64,000 nt of DNA from Yuukianura sp. NJ FZ-2021. Its lineage: Eukaryota. Below the pieces are notes generated by a model, which saw nothing but the letters and a program-made list of their open reading frames with translations, searched no databases and had not been told where the DNA came from. Shown here in pieces: positions 1-11,504 of this stretch. The position numbers and the translations under genes were made by a program. Positions within the stretch are counted from its first letter, which is position 1. The number at the start of each line of letters is the position of its first letter. The stretch spans positions 7,130,001 to 7,194,000 of the forward strand of contig CM102290.1 of the NCBI GenBank assembly GCA_046563655.1, given 5' to 3'.

Positions 1-1
1 G

Positions 2-97
2 CGCCAGCAAGTTATTGCAATTCTCAGAACACTGCCTGAGGATATGCAGTCTGTTCTCCTCGCTCACACAAATTCATTGTCCTCGGAAGTTCAATGA
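2..97 (+). CDS. 3' end of an unidentified gene running in from the left edge (RQQVIAILRTLPEDMQSVLLAHTNSLSSEVQ*)
   Basis: Open frame from base 2 to TGA at 95-97, followed by AT-rich UTR-like DNA and AATAAA at 272-277. Too short to identify. Confidence 0.5.
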   Translation, partial: RQQVIAILRTLPEDMQSVLLAHTNSLSSEVQ

Positions 98-465
98 AGC
101 CGTTGGAATTAGGCTCACGTCACGCCCAGGCCGATGGATTTCGTTTTGGAATGTTTACTGACTAACCGATTTAAATATCTCCTAATAGTGATCTGAAATC
201 TAGAAACTATTTTATGACATGTATTACTACTCGCTTATTTTAAGTAACTTTTTATTTTAAATCCCAATATGAATAAATGCTACCGCAAACCGGAGGTTTT
301 ACACACGATTCGCAGTCGCATGTTGCACCGTCTCATGTTAGTCAAAAGTACTAAAATATTCCTTAAAAAATTAAACGGATCCGTTTGGATCCATTTTCCA
401 AAATAAATATATTCTGAAATGCCAAAATATTGGCAAATTCCCACTGCATAACAATCCTTATTTTT

Positions 466-612
466 TTTCGTTGTAATTGAACTTTCTTTGTATTTGGACT
501 TTCGTTGTAATTGGCTTCGGGGTAGTTCGACTTTCGTTGTAATTGTTTTCGGGGAAATTCATTCGCGGTAATTCACTTCGTTGTAATTCATTCGATGAAA
601 TGGCGTGCTCCC
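466..612. repeat. Degenerate 14-17 bp tandem array (TTCGTTGTAATTC/G-like, about 9 units) ending in GGCGTGCTCCC
   Basis: Abutting units such as tttcgttgtaattga, actttcgttgtaattgg, acttcgttgtaattc, with no unique spacers. Resembles a subterminal array of a foldback/Mutator-type element (inference). Confidence 0.75.
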
Positions 613-1096
613 GTTCGTCATGCGCAATAATAAGTGGGATTTAACGTATCCCATTCTCTACCGTAATTCAAACCTAATGTATTTCCATGGTGGGTGGGGG
701 TCTGCTGAGGAGGAGGCCCCTCTCTGCACCGAGTGGTTCTTTATACACCCAAAACCTTCGTAGTCGAGGACGAGACGAGTTTCACCCGCCGTCAGAAGAG
801 AGGAGACTTCATTTAGTCTTTGTGTTGAGAGGGTGTGCTATACATCTGTCAGTCTTCACAGGAGATTCATTGGATCGGTGCTCCAAAGTACTTGGTTAGT
901 ACTTCTTCAGTTGATTCTGAAATTTAACCGGATTCCAGTGTTAATCGACAACAGGTAACTAACTCAGCATTAAACGCGAAAGTTCATTACTGTGACGGGG
1001 TTTAATATACCATACTACGTGCTGGCAGTTGAGTTATGTGATGAGATATCGGTCAGCTGACAGTTCTCCGTCCTCGTCAAGGTGTGGCTGGGTAGG

Positions 1097-1500
1097 TTGG
1101 AGAGTAGTTTTGGGGTCTGATTTTCCTAGGTTAGGTTAGCTTAAGTAACCGACTGGAGGAATAACTTTAGTTGGGATCATTTTGGAACTCCTATGGTAAA
1201 CTCGCGAAGCTAGTTTGAGATAAAAATCTCAATTAACCCTGTTTTTTTCTACCCTGATACCAAATTTTTCATTAGTTTTGACCGCTCACTAACGAAACCT
1301 AACTTTGACTTAAATATGCCCTCATGTATGAGATAGGGATAAGTCTGATGCCCAGAGTAGTTGCTCTGGTTGAAAATTCAATTCCCTGTATCTCCAGTAG
1401 AACCTTTCGCGTATTTACCAGAGATAAGCCAAGATTTTATTCCTCCTATCGGTTTCCTACCCTAACCTGAGAAAATCGTACCCTAAAAATACTCTCCAAA
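1097..1500. mobile_element. Degenerate foldback/MITE with arms of about 100 bp
   Basis: 1097-1215 (ttggagagtagttttggggtctgattttcctaggttagg...ggaggaataa...ggtaaactcgcgaa) is the imperfect reverse complement of 1401-1500. No clear TSD. Confidence 0.7.
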
Positions 1501-1918
1501 CGCCGGGCAGGATGCGAGACCATTTATGTCGTACCTATGAAAGACTAAGCATAACATGGCACTCGTCAATGTCATTAGTTTGCATAAGATGTTTTGCTCC
1601 AACGTTTCCCTGCCGGATCAAAATTCGAACGGAACTTCCGATTAACTCGTAGTGGCACCGTAGTTGTTTCATTTCCACTTAACCTATACAATTTGGAGCG
1701 ACAGCCGGGAATTACCAAGTAATCTGTAGCAGACAGTGCAAAATCTCCCAATTCTCAGTTCGCTTACATTCTCATCAGTCCAAAGTCGACAGCTGCTTTG
1801 GCTCTTAGGTTGGTGGTGTTTTAAATGTATGTTGGTAGCGCTATATAGTTGCAGTCTACTAGTTTTATACGCTCACAAAAGTGAGGGTGCAAAACTGTGA
1901 AATTTGTTTCCAAAATAG

Positions 1919-2437
1919 TTGTAATACTATCTGAGACTATTCGAGACCAGTTGTCCTGCAGCAGCATTTAAGATTGCATTGCTGTGCTACACGATTTTGT
2001 CCTCAATGGTACATGTCGTATAGTTCTCTGGACAGGATAGTCTACTTATTTATGTACAAATGCTGCGACCCAACAAATTGGTTCATAACAACGCAGAAAC
2101 GTGTACGTTTGGGAATCTATTTACCGCTTTAAAGGAGTTTAGTTAAGGAAATACACTTACAATAGCCGAAAAGTTTAGGAATGGGTTTTAAGCGACAATG
2201 TCGGACGTACTTCCGCAAGTACAGTCCTACCAAGTTGTAAATAGTTTCAAAAGCGTCCATATAAACATCTTCGACGTTTTGAGATCATTTGTGGTGGCGC
2301 AGCATCTGTACAGGCATAGGTACAGTATCCTGTTTTTTGGACGTATACCGGGGTTGACAGCATGGAGTGGCCTATCAACGGAATGTTAAATGCTGCTGCA
2401 GCACAACCAGTCTCAAATCGTCTACGATGCTATTACG
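1919..2437. mobile_element. MITE-like element with inverted repeats of about 54 bp
   Basis: ttgtaatactatctgagactattcgagaccagttgtcctgcagcagcatttaa (1919-1971) versus ttaaatgctgctgcagcacaaccagtctcaaatcgtctacgatgctattacga (2386-2437). Confidence 0.65.
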
Positions 2438-3242
2438 ATAGCTGCTAATCGTTACCGTTACTATAGTATAGTAAAGTCCGTTCCCCGTGTGTATCAACGC
2501 GCGTAGTACTTTGCAGTTTAACCAATTACATTAGTGGTTAACTGCAGCCAATTCGTTACATTTAGTTACTAGTGAGACAATGTTCAAATTTAGTATCAGG
2601 TTCAGCAGCCGCTGTTGACTTTTCTCGAATTCTAAATCAGGAGAGGTTGTGTTCAAACGGTTATCAATTTCTAAAGTATTGTAACTAATTCTAAAGTAAA
2701 ACTACTGGTTAACCAAGTTAGTTAATTGTTGAAAAGCCACGACGAGCAGCTAAAGTAATGGTCATTGGTCAGTGACACTTCAAGTAAAGAAGAACACTTT
2801 AAATGGACAGCTGATTGTAGAAGATAGGAATGCGTTTCACAGCCTAGGGAGTCCGTTTAGTTGTTATAAAGTCGCCTCCTCACCTCATCGAATTCCCGCT
2901 AGAAGCGAACAGCGTCGCAAATTGCAAGTGTATGGGTAGGCAAAAAAAAACCGGTCGCCAATTACGATTATTTCAAATAAATTGTAAAAATCTATTGAGT
3001 TACGGAGAGCCATTTTGGAATACCCGCTCGAAAAACCACGTGATCATAATTTTAATCCCTCGAAAGAATCGGTGCGCTCAAATAGTTCTGATTAATCACT
3101 TTGAGCGATTAATCGCTATTTGGATTAATCCGTTTTATCTGAAAGGGCCTACTGTCTTCACTCGTCTTTGCCATATAGAAAGGGGAACCCTAAAAGTCTG
3201 AAGCGCGGATTATTTTCAAAAATAATAAAATAGAAAGTGACG

Positions 3243-3610
3243 AGAGCGGTCAAAACCAATTGAAGATTCGGAATCACCGTAAAAAACTGGGGGTCGGTGG
3301 AATAAGACAGAGAACCCGTGTGCTAACCGGGCATATCCCCTCCCATATCTCCAGTAGTACTGGGATCAGCGTTGCCACTCCTAACCAAACCTATAGATGC
3401 AGTCACTATTTTTAAGTTACAAAAACCTAACGCCGCGCCTTCGTATCGACAACAATGCTGACAGTAGTATTGGAGGGGATATGACCATGTCGCCCGCGGG
3501 TTCTCTGCCTTATTATTCTGAGTTTTAGTAGGAGTTTGATTGTTATTTTAATTGAAATTAAATCTCAACTGAGATTTTTATCTTAATTACAGAAGTTTCG
3601 CGAGTTTGCC
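3243..3610. mobile_element. Second, inverted fragment of the 1097-1500 repeat family, containing an inner inverted-repeat element of about 220 bp (3299-3517)
   Basis: gagcggtcaaaaccaattgaa (about 3245) and tgagatttttatct...ttcgcgagtttgcc (3570-3610) match 1195-1290 in reverse. Inner arms are ggaataagacagagaacccg...catatcccctcc and ggaggggatatg...cgggttctctgccttatt. Confidence 0.6.
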
Positions 3611-3720
3611 GAAGAAGTTGCTTGTTGACATTATCTGTTTGTTTTTCAGGTCACATTCCCGAGATCAAATACCATCCAGAAAGTGCATCATTTCTTATTA
3701 GCTCAGATACTACGGTTAGA

Positions 3721-5312
3721 ATGCCAAAAAAGGTAAAGACCTTTTTTCTTTTTCGTCAATTTCCGAAGTTGAAGAACAAGGGCCACAACAATGAGGGGTT
3801 ACCCTTTACTACGTATCGATTGAAAGCGAATACACGAATCTTCATGGCACCAGCATTGGTACTCCCGGAATGTCCACAGTTCGCCGTCCTATCCTCGAAA
3901 GAGGAGAGTCTACGCGCCAATGAACCAAAAGACCAGCCAAAGAGATTCCCGCGGAAGTGTAAGTCGAACCCGGGAGCGGTGAATGTTAAAGAGGTTTGTC
4001 GTTCCAAGGAATCCAGTATTCCGGATGTCAAGAACAAGAAAAAAGAGACAAAGCGAAATCGTAAAAGGAAGGCCTCACTCTCTCCAATTGAGAAAGCTGA
4101 TAATTTGCTCCGGTGCTCAGCATGCGAAAGATCGTTTGATTCGGAAAACCGTTTGATTGTAAGTCCTTATGAACCGCCATTTCTGAAATGTTTTATTACC
4201 AAACTCAGCCTGTCCCTGAACTTTTATATTTCCTAAATTCTATTGTGTTTTTTGTTTTTTGAAGATCCATGAATCTAAAGTGTGCTTCCAAAAGTTGACT
4301 CCGGACAGGAACGCTAATAGTGAACAAATGAAGGTAGCGTGTTGTTGTTAATGCTGCTGTTGATTTTTTTTTTGTTAAGGTTGATAACGTTGGGCTGGGC
4401 ATGCAGCCGTTACACGACTATCGTGAATTATTTAAAGTTTATATTATATACGGTGTACTGAATAAACAAGTTTGAAACTAATGTTTAATTTTTTCTAAAC
4501 AGGAGTGCTTCATGAATCAATTTGGAATGAAGCCGGTTGCGAAAGCGGATAGCAGCAGCGACTCTGCATTTGCTCACAGTGGAAATGAAGAGATCGAAGT
4601 GGGAGAAGATGTTTGTGACGCGCATGCTCCAAGCCGGAAGACAAGGGCTAGCACACACAATCTTGCTGCTTTCTTTCGCAAAAACTATATCATTCCACTC
4701 TCTGGAGCTCGTGGCCAAAGGCTGATCAGACAATCAGAGAACGGTTTTCTCTCAAACCCAGAGGAAGCAGCCAAGTTCGTCGATAAGGTACTCGGCCAAA
4801 AAACGACCAAGACCAGGAAGTCTCGCAGGATTTTGAAGAGTCGTGTTGCACCAAAAGGGAAGCCGAATGTCAACGAACATGCTTATGCCCACAGCTACCA
4901 GTTTTCTAAAAAGGATAAAATTCAGCGTCAAACTGAATTAGTTATTGGTGAGTTTTCATAAATTACAATCCAAGGACATTATATACGCGGAATGCAATGT
5001 TAGCCAATGAAATATAGTATTTGTCTTTCTGTTTTTTATTTACCGACAGGTCTCAAGACTCGACATTTCAAACTTTTGAACCAGTGCAAGGAAGCCAAGA
5101 TCAAATTGACAAAGCTCAGTCCTGAAGAAATTAAGAAATGGGCGTGCAAGGAGGAGCTTCCCAGTGGAACACTTCCAAAGACTTACCGGTGCATTGTAAA
5201 GCCATGCAAAGTGAAGCTTACAGATTTGGCTCACTCTGTTACTGGTCGCACTCATCTTCAAAAAGCCCTACGGGTGAAACGTGCTGCCAAGCGCAGAGCT
5301 GCCAAAACCTAA
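3721..5312 (+). CDS. Orphan basic (Lys/Arg-rich) putative nuclear protein with one C2HC zinc finger
   Basis: Phase-consistent GT-AG exons 3721-4158, 4265-4333, 4503-4947, 5050-5312 (a further small exon near 4380 is possible). Splicing creates C-SA-C-x12-H-ESKV-C. NLS-like KNKKKETKRNRKRK. Probable non-coding first exon ends at the donor near 954; acceptor at 3649. Confidence 0.7.
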
Positions 5313-5499
5313 TCCGCTGCTGAACGATTTGAACAAGTCTTACCAAATATTATTAATTTTCTATACAATCCCATGTTGATGTTACTAGCACAAAACTAAG
5401 GCCACAGGTCTGTTCCCAGTTATCTAAGATCTTGAAATCACTTAAGTTAGTAAGTGAACCTAAACAAACATTCACGGATGCTCGAATTTCCAAGGTGCT

Positions 5500-5990
5500 A
5501 CCCCTGTCAGAGTCGGGGGTGGGGTAATCTTTCGCTCGAAAAAACTGTTAGTAAGTTTATCCTTTTAGTTCCATTTCGCATCGAATATGGCCAGAATATG
5601 GTCTGTGACCATTTTCTATTCTAAAATCCGAAATATCTTCGCGCGTGATGGCCGAATTTCATTTTTCTCCATTTCAGCTTCCTGCGGGGTCAGAAGCGAC
5701 TTTCGGATGTTGAAATTAACAGTTTGAAATATTCATTCGCGTCGTACGGCGCGAAATGATCTCTCGATTTGGTTTCATCAGACTGTCAGAGCCAATTTTA
5801 TGTTTTACTTCTCCAAGCCCAAAATTCTTGCTAATCGGCCGGCGCGAATAGTATTGGTTTACCTTCATTTTTTTTTAATTTGCACCGTTATACAACTTTA
5901 CTACTAGATTAACATAAGCTTTATGTAGCTAAACATTCTCGTTACATACGATTTCTGACCCACTTACACTCCCGGCTTGAGCACTCCGGC
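5500..5990. repeat. Probable non-autonomous interspersed repeat between two convergent genes
   Basis: CpG-rich island with internal inverted motifs: 5638-5658 versus 5833-5848, and 5684-5698 versus 5949-5963. Ends not defined. Confidence 0.35.
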
Positions 5991-6502
5991 CAGAGATCCC
6001 TCGATTTTCGGAGCATCCGCGCATGTGTATTAAGTGACTTAATACTAATAAGAGTTAGAAATTTGAGGTAAGCACAGCTTTCATGGTTAGTACTATTCAT
6101 ATTTTTTTATTCAAGATTGACTAAATCTAAACTTAATTCCCGCAAATACATTCCTATGGAGTGAATTGTGTGTAGTGTTGTTCTTGTTATCCCAAGACTT
6201 ACTAATTACTGCTCAACAACGTAACTCTCAGATCAATGTCATTCACCGCTAGAAATAGTAACCTAAGTATTTAGTTTGGGATTTCGCAACAGTCATGCAA
6301 ATCAAACAGAAGTTGGAGTTGGATTTGAATTATCGAGACAAGAAAACCTACTTCGATGTTTCACGAAGGTTAAATTGTAGAATAATGCGGCCGCGGAGGA
6401 TTTTAAGCATACCGGAGACCTTCAGGAATAATGAATATCTACGGAGTGGACGAGTTTTTTTTGTTAGAAGTTGAAGCTAAATTGCAATTTGCTTTTTAAA
6501 AC

Positions 6503-8661
6503 TTAGGCTTCGAGGAAATCCTTCAACAAAATGCCGCGTCGCTTCTCTGCGACATCCATTTGGTTCTGGAGCTCGCCACGGTCGGTTGTTTCGGCTCTTT
6601 CTATTTTCCAGGACAAGTTTTCAATTTCTGCTTCCAGTTGGGCCTGCTGATATTCAAACTAAACAAAAAAACAAGGAATTACAAAGGATGGACTATATGA
6701 TTAATCTAAAACGTTTCCAGCATCATGAGTATAGTGTCCTTACGAGTTCCTTGCGAGGTCCGCACTCCATGTAATAGGCATAGGGGTAAGTGTACTTGAG
6801 AGTATAACGACATTTGGCCAGAAGATTGGCAGCATCTAGGAGGTATTGCCAATCAATCCAAGTTCCAGCCGCCTCCATGACCTACCACACAATCAAGAAA
6901 TAGGTGAAAGTGCAACTGGAGATGGTGTAATCGATCGATTGTAGGTTGGATCTTACTTTAACTTCAATTCTGTCCTTGATTCGCTGAAGAGTTTGCTCTT
7001 CAAGTCTTAGGCTCTTTGAATGATTTTCCCACTATACGAGTTTAAAAAAAGAAATAGAAAATATTGAAAACGGATGATATAACTGAGAAAGGCAGTAAAA
7101 TCCTTAGAATGTCTTGAAACATACTCTCTCATAGTAGTGAAGATACTTTTTGAGAGCTTCTCTGGCTTGAGCGTGGACAGACTCATAGGCAATGTTGGGA
7201 TTCTCTTTGTATCTGGAGCATTCGTAGTATTCTGAACCGTGGGATTTCCAGTCTCCCAAGCACATCCAACAGAAGTCATATTTACAGTTGTAGCATTGCA
7301 TATGATTACATCCACCGTTCTTTTCGATGCAGATATGACATTTTGGACACTACAAAGAACAAAAATTAACAAATAAAGGTGAAGTTACACTTATGTAGAA
7401 TAATAGTTATTCACACTATTTAAAAGTAAACTATTCATCAAATTATTTTGAAGTACTGTCATACATCTTTCGTGTGAGCACTGATATAGTTCGCGGTTTC
7501 ACTGTCATCTGCGCATTTAGTTAGCCATCGCTTGATGGTTTCGCAATCCGTGGGTGCGTGGTAGTCGGTCCCACACTTAAAACTGTTAAATGAAGACAAT
7601 TAGTAGTAATAAATGGTTAGTAGTGCGAGTTTGCCAACAACAATACTGTATATGCCAGGAATTACCAAAATGACGACTTGCATTGATGACAAAGGACTCG
7701 TTTCGCCATAGGCTCCTTTGAACGGACAATAATATCACAATTTGGACCTGGACAAAATCTGTGAACAAAGGAATTCGTAATTGAAGGTCCGAAGTTCGTA
7801 TTGAAAAACACGGAAAGTAAAGTTATGCACACGAGACAACAATGCTCACCTCAGTTCAGGATGTGATTTCACGTAGTCTCTGAAGCAGAATCTTTGATAC
7901 TTTTCTCTGATGTTGGGCTTCGAGAGAAGAAGAAGAACAAAATCCTCAGGCGCCAAAACCGCACAATCTTGAGCCATGCAACCGATTGCTGAAAATAGTA
8001 ATGTAATAGTAGAAAACAAACATAATACTTAGACTCTTATACAAAATGTTTCACGTAATCTGTATAGTAACCACGTACATGTGCTGCTTCCTTCTACAAT
8101 CTGCACTTCAAAATGCGTAGTCCAGCATTCTTTGCAAAAGGCATGGCCGCAGGCGAGAGATCTGAAGGCGTCAAATGTTTGTGTCCCAAAACAGACTGGA
8201 CAGGCAAGGGTACCTGCCTTGAGGTTGAATTGAACCAAAGATTTTGGATTGGCCGTATTATTATTGTCTGGTTTGACTTTCGCAGCCACGAGAGTCCCAT
8301 GAGCATCCGACTGATACAGTTTGATTACTTCGGACAGTGACCATTCCATCGTGTGCAGCAACAGCTTCGCCAATGCTGGAGTTACCTGCAGATAAGATCA
8401 AGTATTAGTAACCGCATTACAATCCGTGGAGTGCAAATTATAATGTTTATCGTTGTAACTTACAGTAACTTGATTTGACAATAATTCGACTAATTCATTC
8501 AGTAGTTTTTCTGCTTCTTCAACTCGCAGGCACTCGAATTGAAAACTCTCTGGATCCTTCCTGGTATCCCCGCTATCGATCTCATCGTCAATCGTCGTGC
8601 TGTAGTAATCTTCGTAGTTGTCGTCCTCAATCTCACAGTCTGATTCAATATCATCAGACAT
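6503..8661 (-). CDS. ari-2: Ariadne-2 / ARIH2 (TRIAD1) RBR E3 ubiquitin ligase
   Basis: Exons (minus) 8661-8464, 8385-8079, 7988-7850, 7758-7666, 7582-7465, 7349-7125, 7031-6957, 6881-6744, 6658-6503. Acidic N-terminus, RING1 ([13 protein letters not shown]), IBR (FCPGPNC), RING2 ([29 protein letters not shown]), Ariadne domain ([23 protein letters not shown]). Confidence 0.97.
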
Positions 8662-9677
8662 GGTTGCTCTGCTTCTTGAATACAAGTAGGGTTCAGTGTT
8701 CTGTGTAAAGTGAATATACTTATTACTAAAAACCGGAAATCTTTTGGACGAAAGGGCTAAAACCATGAATACAACAATAGAACAATACTACCTATTTAGC
8801 TGAAGTATTCCTATTAGATCTATACCGATAAAAACATAAGAATTCATGCGACGAAGATGAAGCGTCCAATCCAACAGTAATAATTAATAAATGATAACCA
8901 CAACGAAACCTCAATCTCCGAATTTTGCAAGTGGCAAAGCGTTATAAATGCAGAAAAAAAACGGGGCGCTTAAGCAAGTTGGACCAAACACATTAAGAAT
9001 AAGGTCTCCTTTTATTTAAACAAATCGGTTAGGATAAAAACTCTGACAGCCTAAAGTTGTGAGAGTCTAACTCTCAAGTGGAAATTTAGTATGGTTGTTT
9101 TAAAAAGCCCAACAATGATAACCCCCCACGACCAAATGTATGTTTATTACCCCACTCACCAGGTCACTTTGACCTTTGCGGACTCGTCTCTGTAAAAAAT
9201 GTTGGGTTCAAGTCAATCAGCTGTTCAAAAGTGAGTGATTTGCTTGGAATATTAGAAAGAGAAGATAATCTTTCCTTCTTGGTGTTGTAGGCAGTTAAAG
9301 AACAATGAAGTTGTCAATGGGGTAGAAACTAACTGAAACTGAAAGTAGCAGTATAGTAGTATCGATTACTAATTACCAACTTCTTCGTTCTTCATCCAGC
9401 ACCCAGCAGCAGCACAACACGGTCCTCTTGATGTTGTGCGTCTTCGTCTTCGTCCATTCAACCTTACTAAAGTCTCAAAGGTTATGAAGGAGGGGCGGAC
9501 AACGAAAAAGAGTAAGTTATCCCCTGCCCCTATGCTTCGGGAAACTCGACGAAGATCATCTCATCGCCTCTGCTGTGTAAAATTGGAAGCTTGTTGACAT
9601 GAACTGGACGTGTCGCCAATGTAGCCTTGCATCATTTACTATCATCATTTACACAGAATGTAAACTGTACTATTTCG

Positions 9678-10136
9678 GGAAAATTTTTACTATACCGCGG
9701 TATTTCCCATTTTTTTGCCTAAATGCCCTAGTGACCCCTGATACTAAAAATATAAATTTTTCCCCCGGAAATGAAATCTCGAATTTTTGGAAATTTTTGA
9801 AATTTGAAAATTCCCTATAAGGTTACATGCTAATTTTGTTTTTTTTTATTCCTAACCACACCTAACTGGCCTCGCTTCGCTCGGCTAATTCAGTAAAACA
9901 TCACTGTTTTATGACAAGCTTGAATGAAATTCATAAACTGAATAAAAAAAAATCTCAAAAAAAATTAACATGTAACCTTATGGAGAATTTTCAAACTTCA
10001 AAAATTTCCAAAAATTCGAGATTTTATTTCCGGGGGGAAAAATTTATATTTTTGGTATCAGGGGTCACTATGGCTATGGCATTTAGGAGAAAAAATGAAA
10101 AAAATCGGAAATACCGCGGTATAGTAAAGTTTTACC
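9678..10136. mobile_element. Merlin-like MITE with TIRs of about 170 bp and an 8-bp TSD
   Basis: Termini GGAAAATTTTTACTATACCGCGG and CCGCGGTATAGTAAAGTTTTACC. Perfect flanking duplication CTATTTCG at 9670-9677 and 10137-10144. GG termini with an 8-bp TSD fit the Merlin superfamily. Confidence 0.85.
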
Positions 10137-10743
10137 CTATTTCGTTAATCCTTATTAACCTGATTTATAATGTTAAGGGGGTTCGGAGAAAGTTTAATAG
10201 TAGTGTGTACTATTGAAAATTCTGAAGACACTACGTGGTCCCCTGATAACAAAAAAAAATTTGGCCGGAAATAAAAAAAAAACAGTTTGAAAAAAAAAAT
10301 CTCAAAAAAAAATTTTTTAACCCGAATTGCATGAAAATCGGTTATTTGATAATTGATATTTATTTGATAATTGATATGATCATTATTTGATGAAATCAGT
10401 TTTATGGTATAATTCATAATGCAATCGGTCACCTTTGAATTTGGCACACGCTCGTAACAAGAATCATAACCAGATGAATTGCCTTATCTAACGCATGGAT
10501 TCGTATGACACTGTAAAATTCCTCGTGGTCGGTGTATAGATGTTCGTTCAAAAATTGAATATTATTGAATGCTTCAAGGACTCATTGAGAAACACAAAAT
10601 AAAAAAGATGATTTGAATGAATTATGAACAGTATACTGCGTCGTGCCGTTGTGTAGCTTTGCAATACATTGCCTGTATTGTTTTAATATTAATTTACAGA
10701 AAAAAATATATAAGAGACTCAATAATGGTCGAAGGCTAAGAAT

Positions 10744-11504
10744 TCATTCCACAGATTCCGAGGTTGTGTTGAAAGTTGTACTTAAGTCTTTTCCGATCCC
10801 GGAATCATCAATGTCCCCTTCACTCATTGTCTGAAAAAAAAAGAACCACAGGCAAAATCAATAAAACATTTAACACGAATATTCTACATATTAATAAGAC
10901 TGCTCGGCTAGCTCTATTTGAGTACTGCATACTCACATTGATCATTTCAGCTAGAGTCTTTGCTTCTGCCAGCATTTCTTCCAAATCACGGTTCTCAGTT
11001 TCGAGGACTTCAACTCTTTCAATCAATTTCTGATTCTCCAGCAACGCGTGTTCTAAGGCTATACGTCTTTGTTCGGCCAAGTCCTTCCAGTACTCTATGT
11101 CTGAGATGCCCTTTGTGACAGTTTCTTCCTTAGTGATAGCATGCTCATCGTCATCTTCTTTTACCGACCTTGTTTCATGCACCACTATGTGTCCACACTG
11201 CTCTGACTCTATCGAACTGTCTAGAGAACACGAGGAAATTTTGTCATAAGATTTGGCTGGACTGCATCTTTCTTTGTCAATGTCAGTGATGCTTTCATTT
11301 CCAATTCCATTTCCCTCGATGTCGAGGCGAGCTGAAATATAATCGTACAGAACAAAATACTTAAGCGGATTGCTACAAATTGGCATGTTACGGGAAGTAA
11401 TAGGTTTGAAAGTTTCAGCTAGTACCTCGTTTCGATAGCGGCTGATAGTCATCGTTTTTCACAACCGTGGCAGGCGATGGATTATGATTGTTGTTAATAT
11501 TCAT
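10744..11504 (-). CDS. geminin: Geminin (replication licensing inhibitor)
   Basis: Exons (minus) 11504-11426, 11331-10937, 10830-10744. Geminin coiled coil EYWKDLAEQRRIALEHALLENQKL. D-box RARLDIEGN near the N-terminus. In-frame TAG upstream of the ATG at 11504. Confidence 0.9.

Noticed and set aside
466..612. Repeat array as a CRISPR
   Set aside because: Units are 14-17 bp, degenerate and abutting, with no unique spacers; the context is eukaryotic and there are no cas genes.
9599..10447. ORFs 9599-9820, 9911-10216 and 10145-10447
   Set aside because: They lie in MITE arms and low-complexity A/T tracts, with non-ATG starts or biased F/K/N composition.
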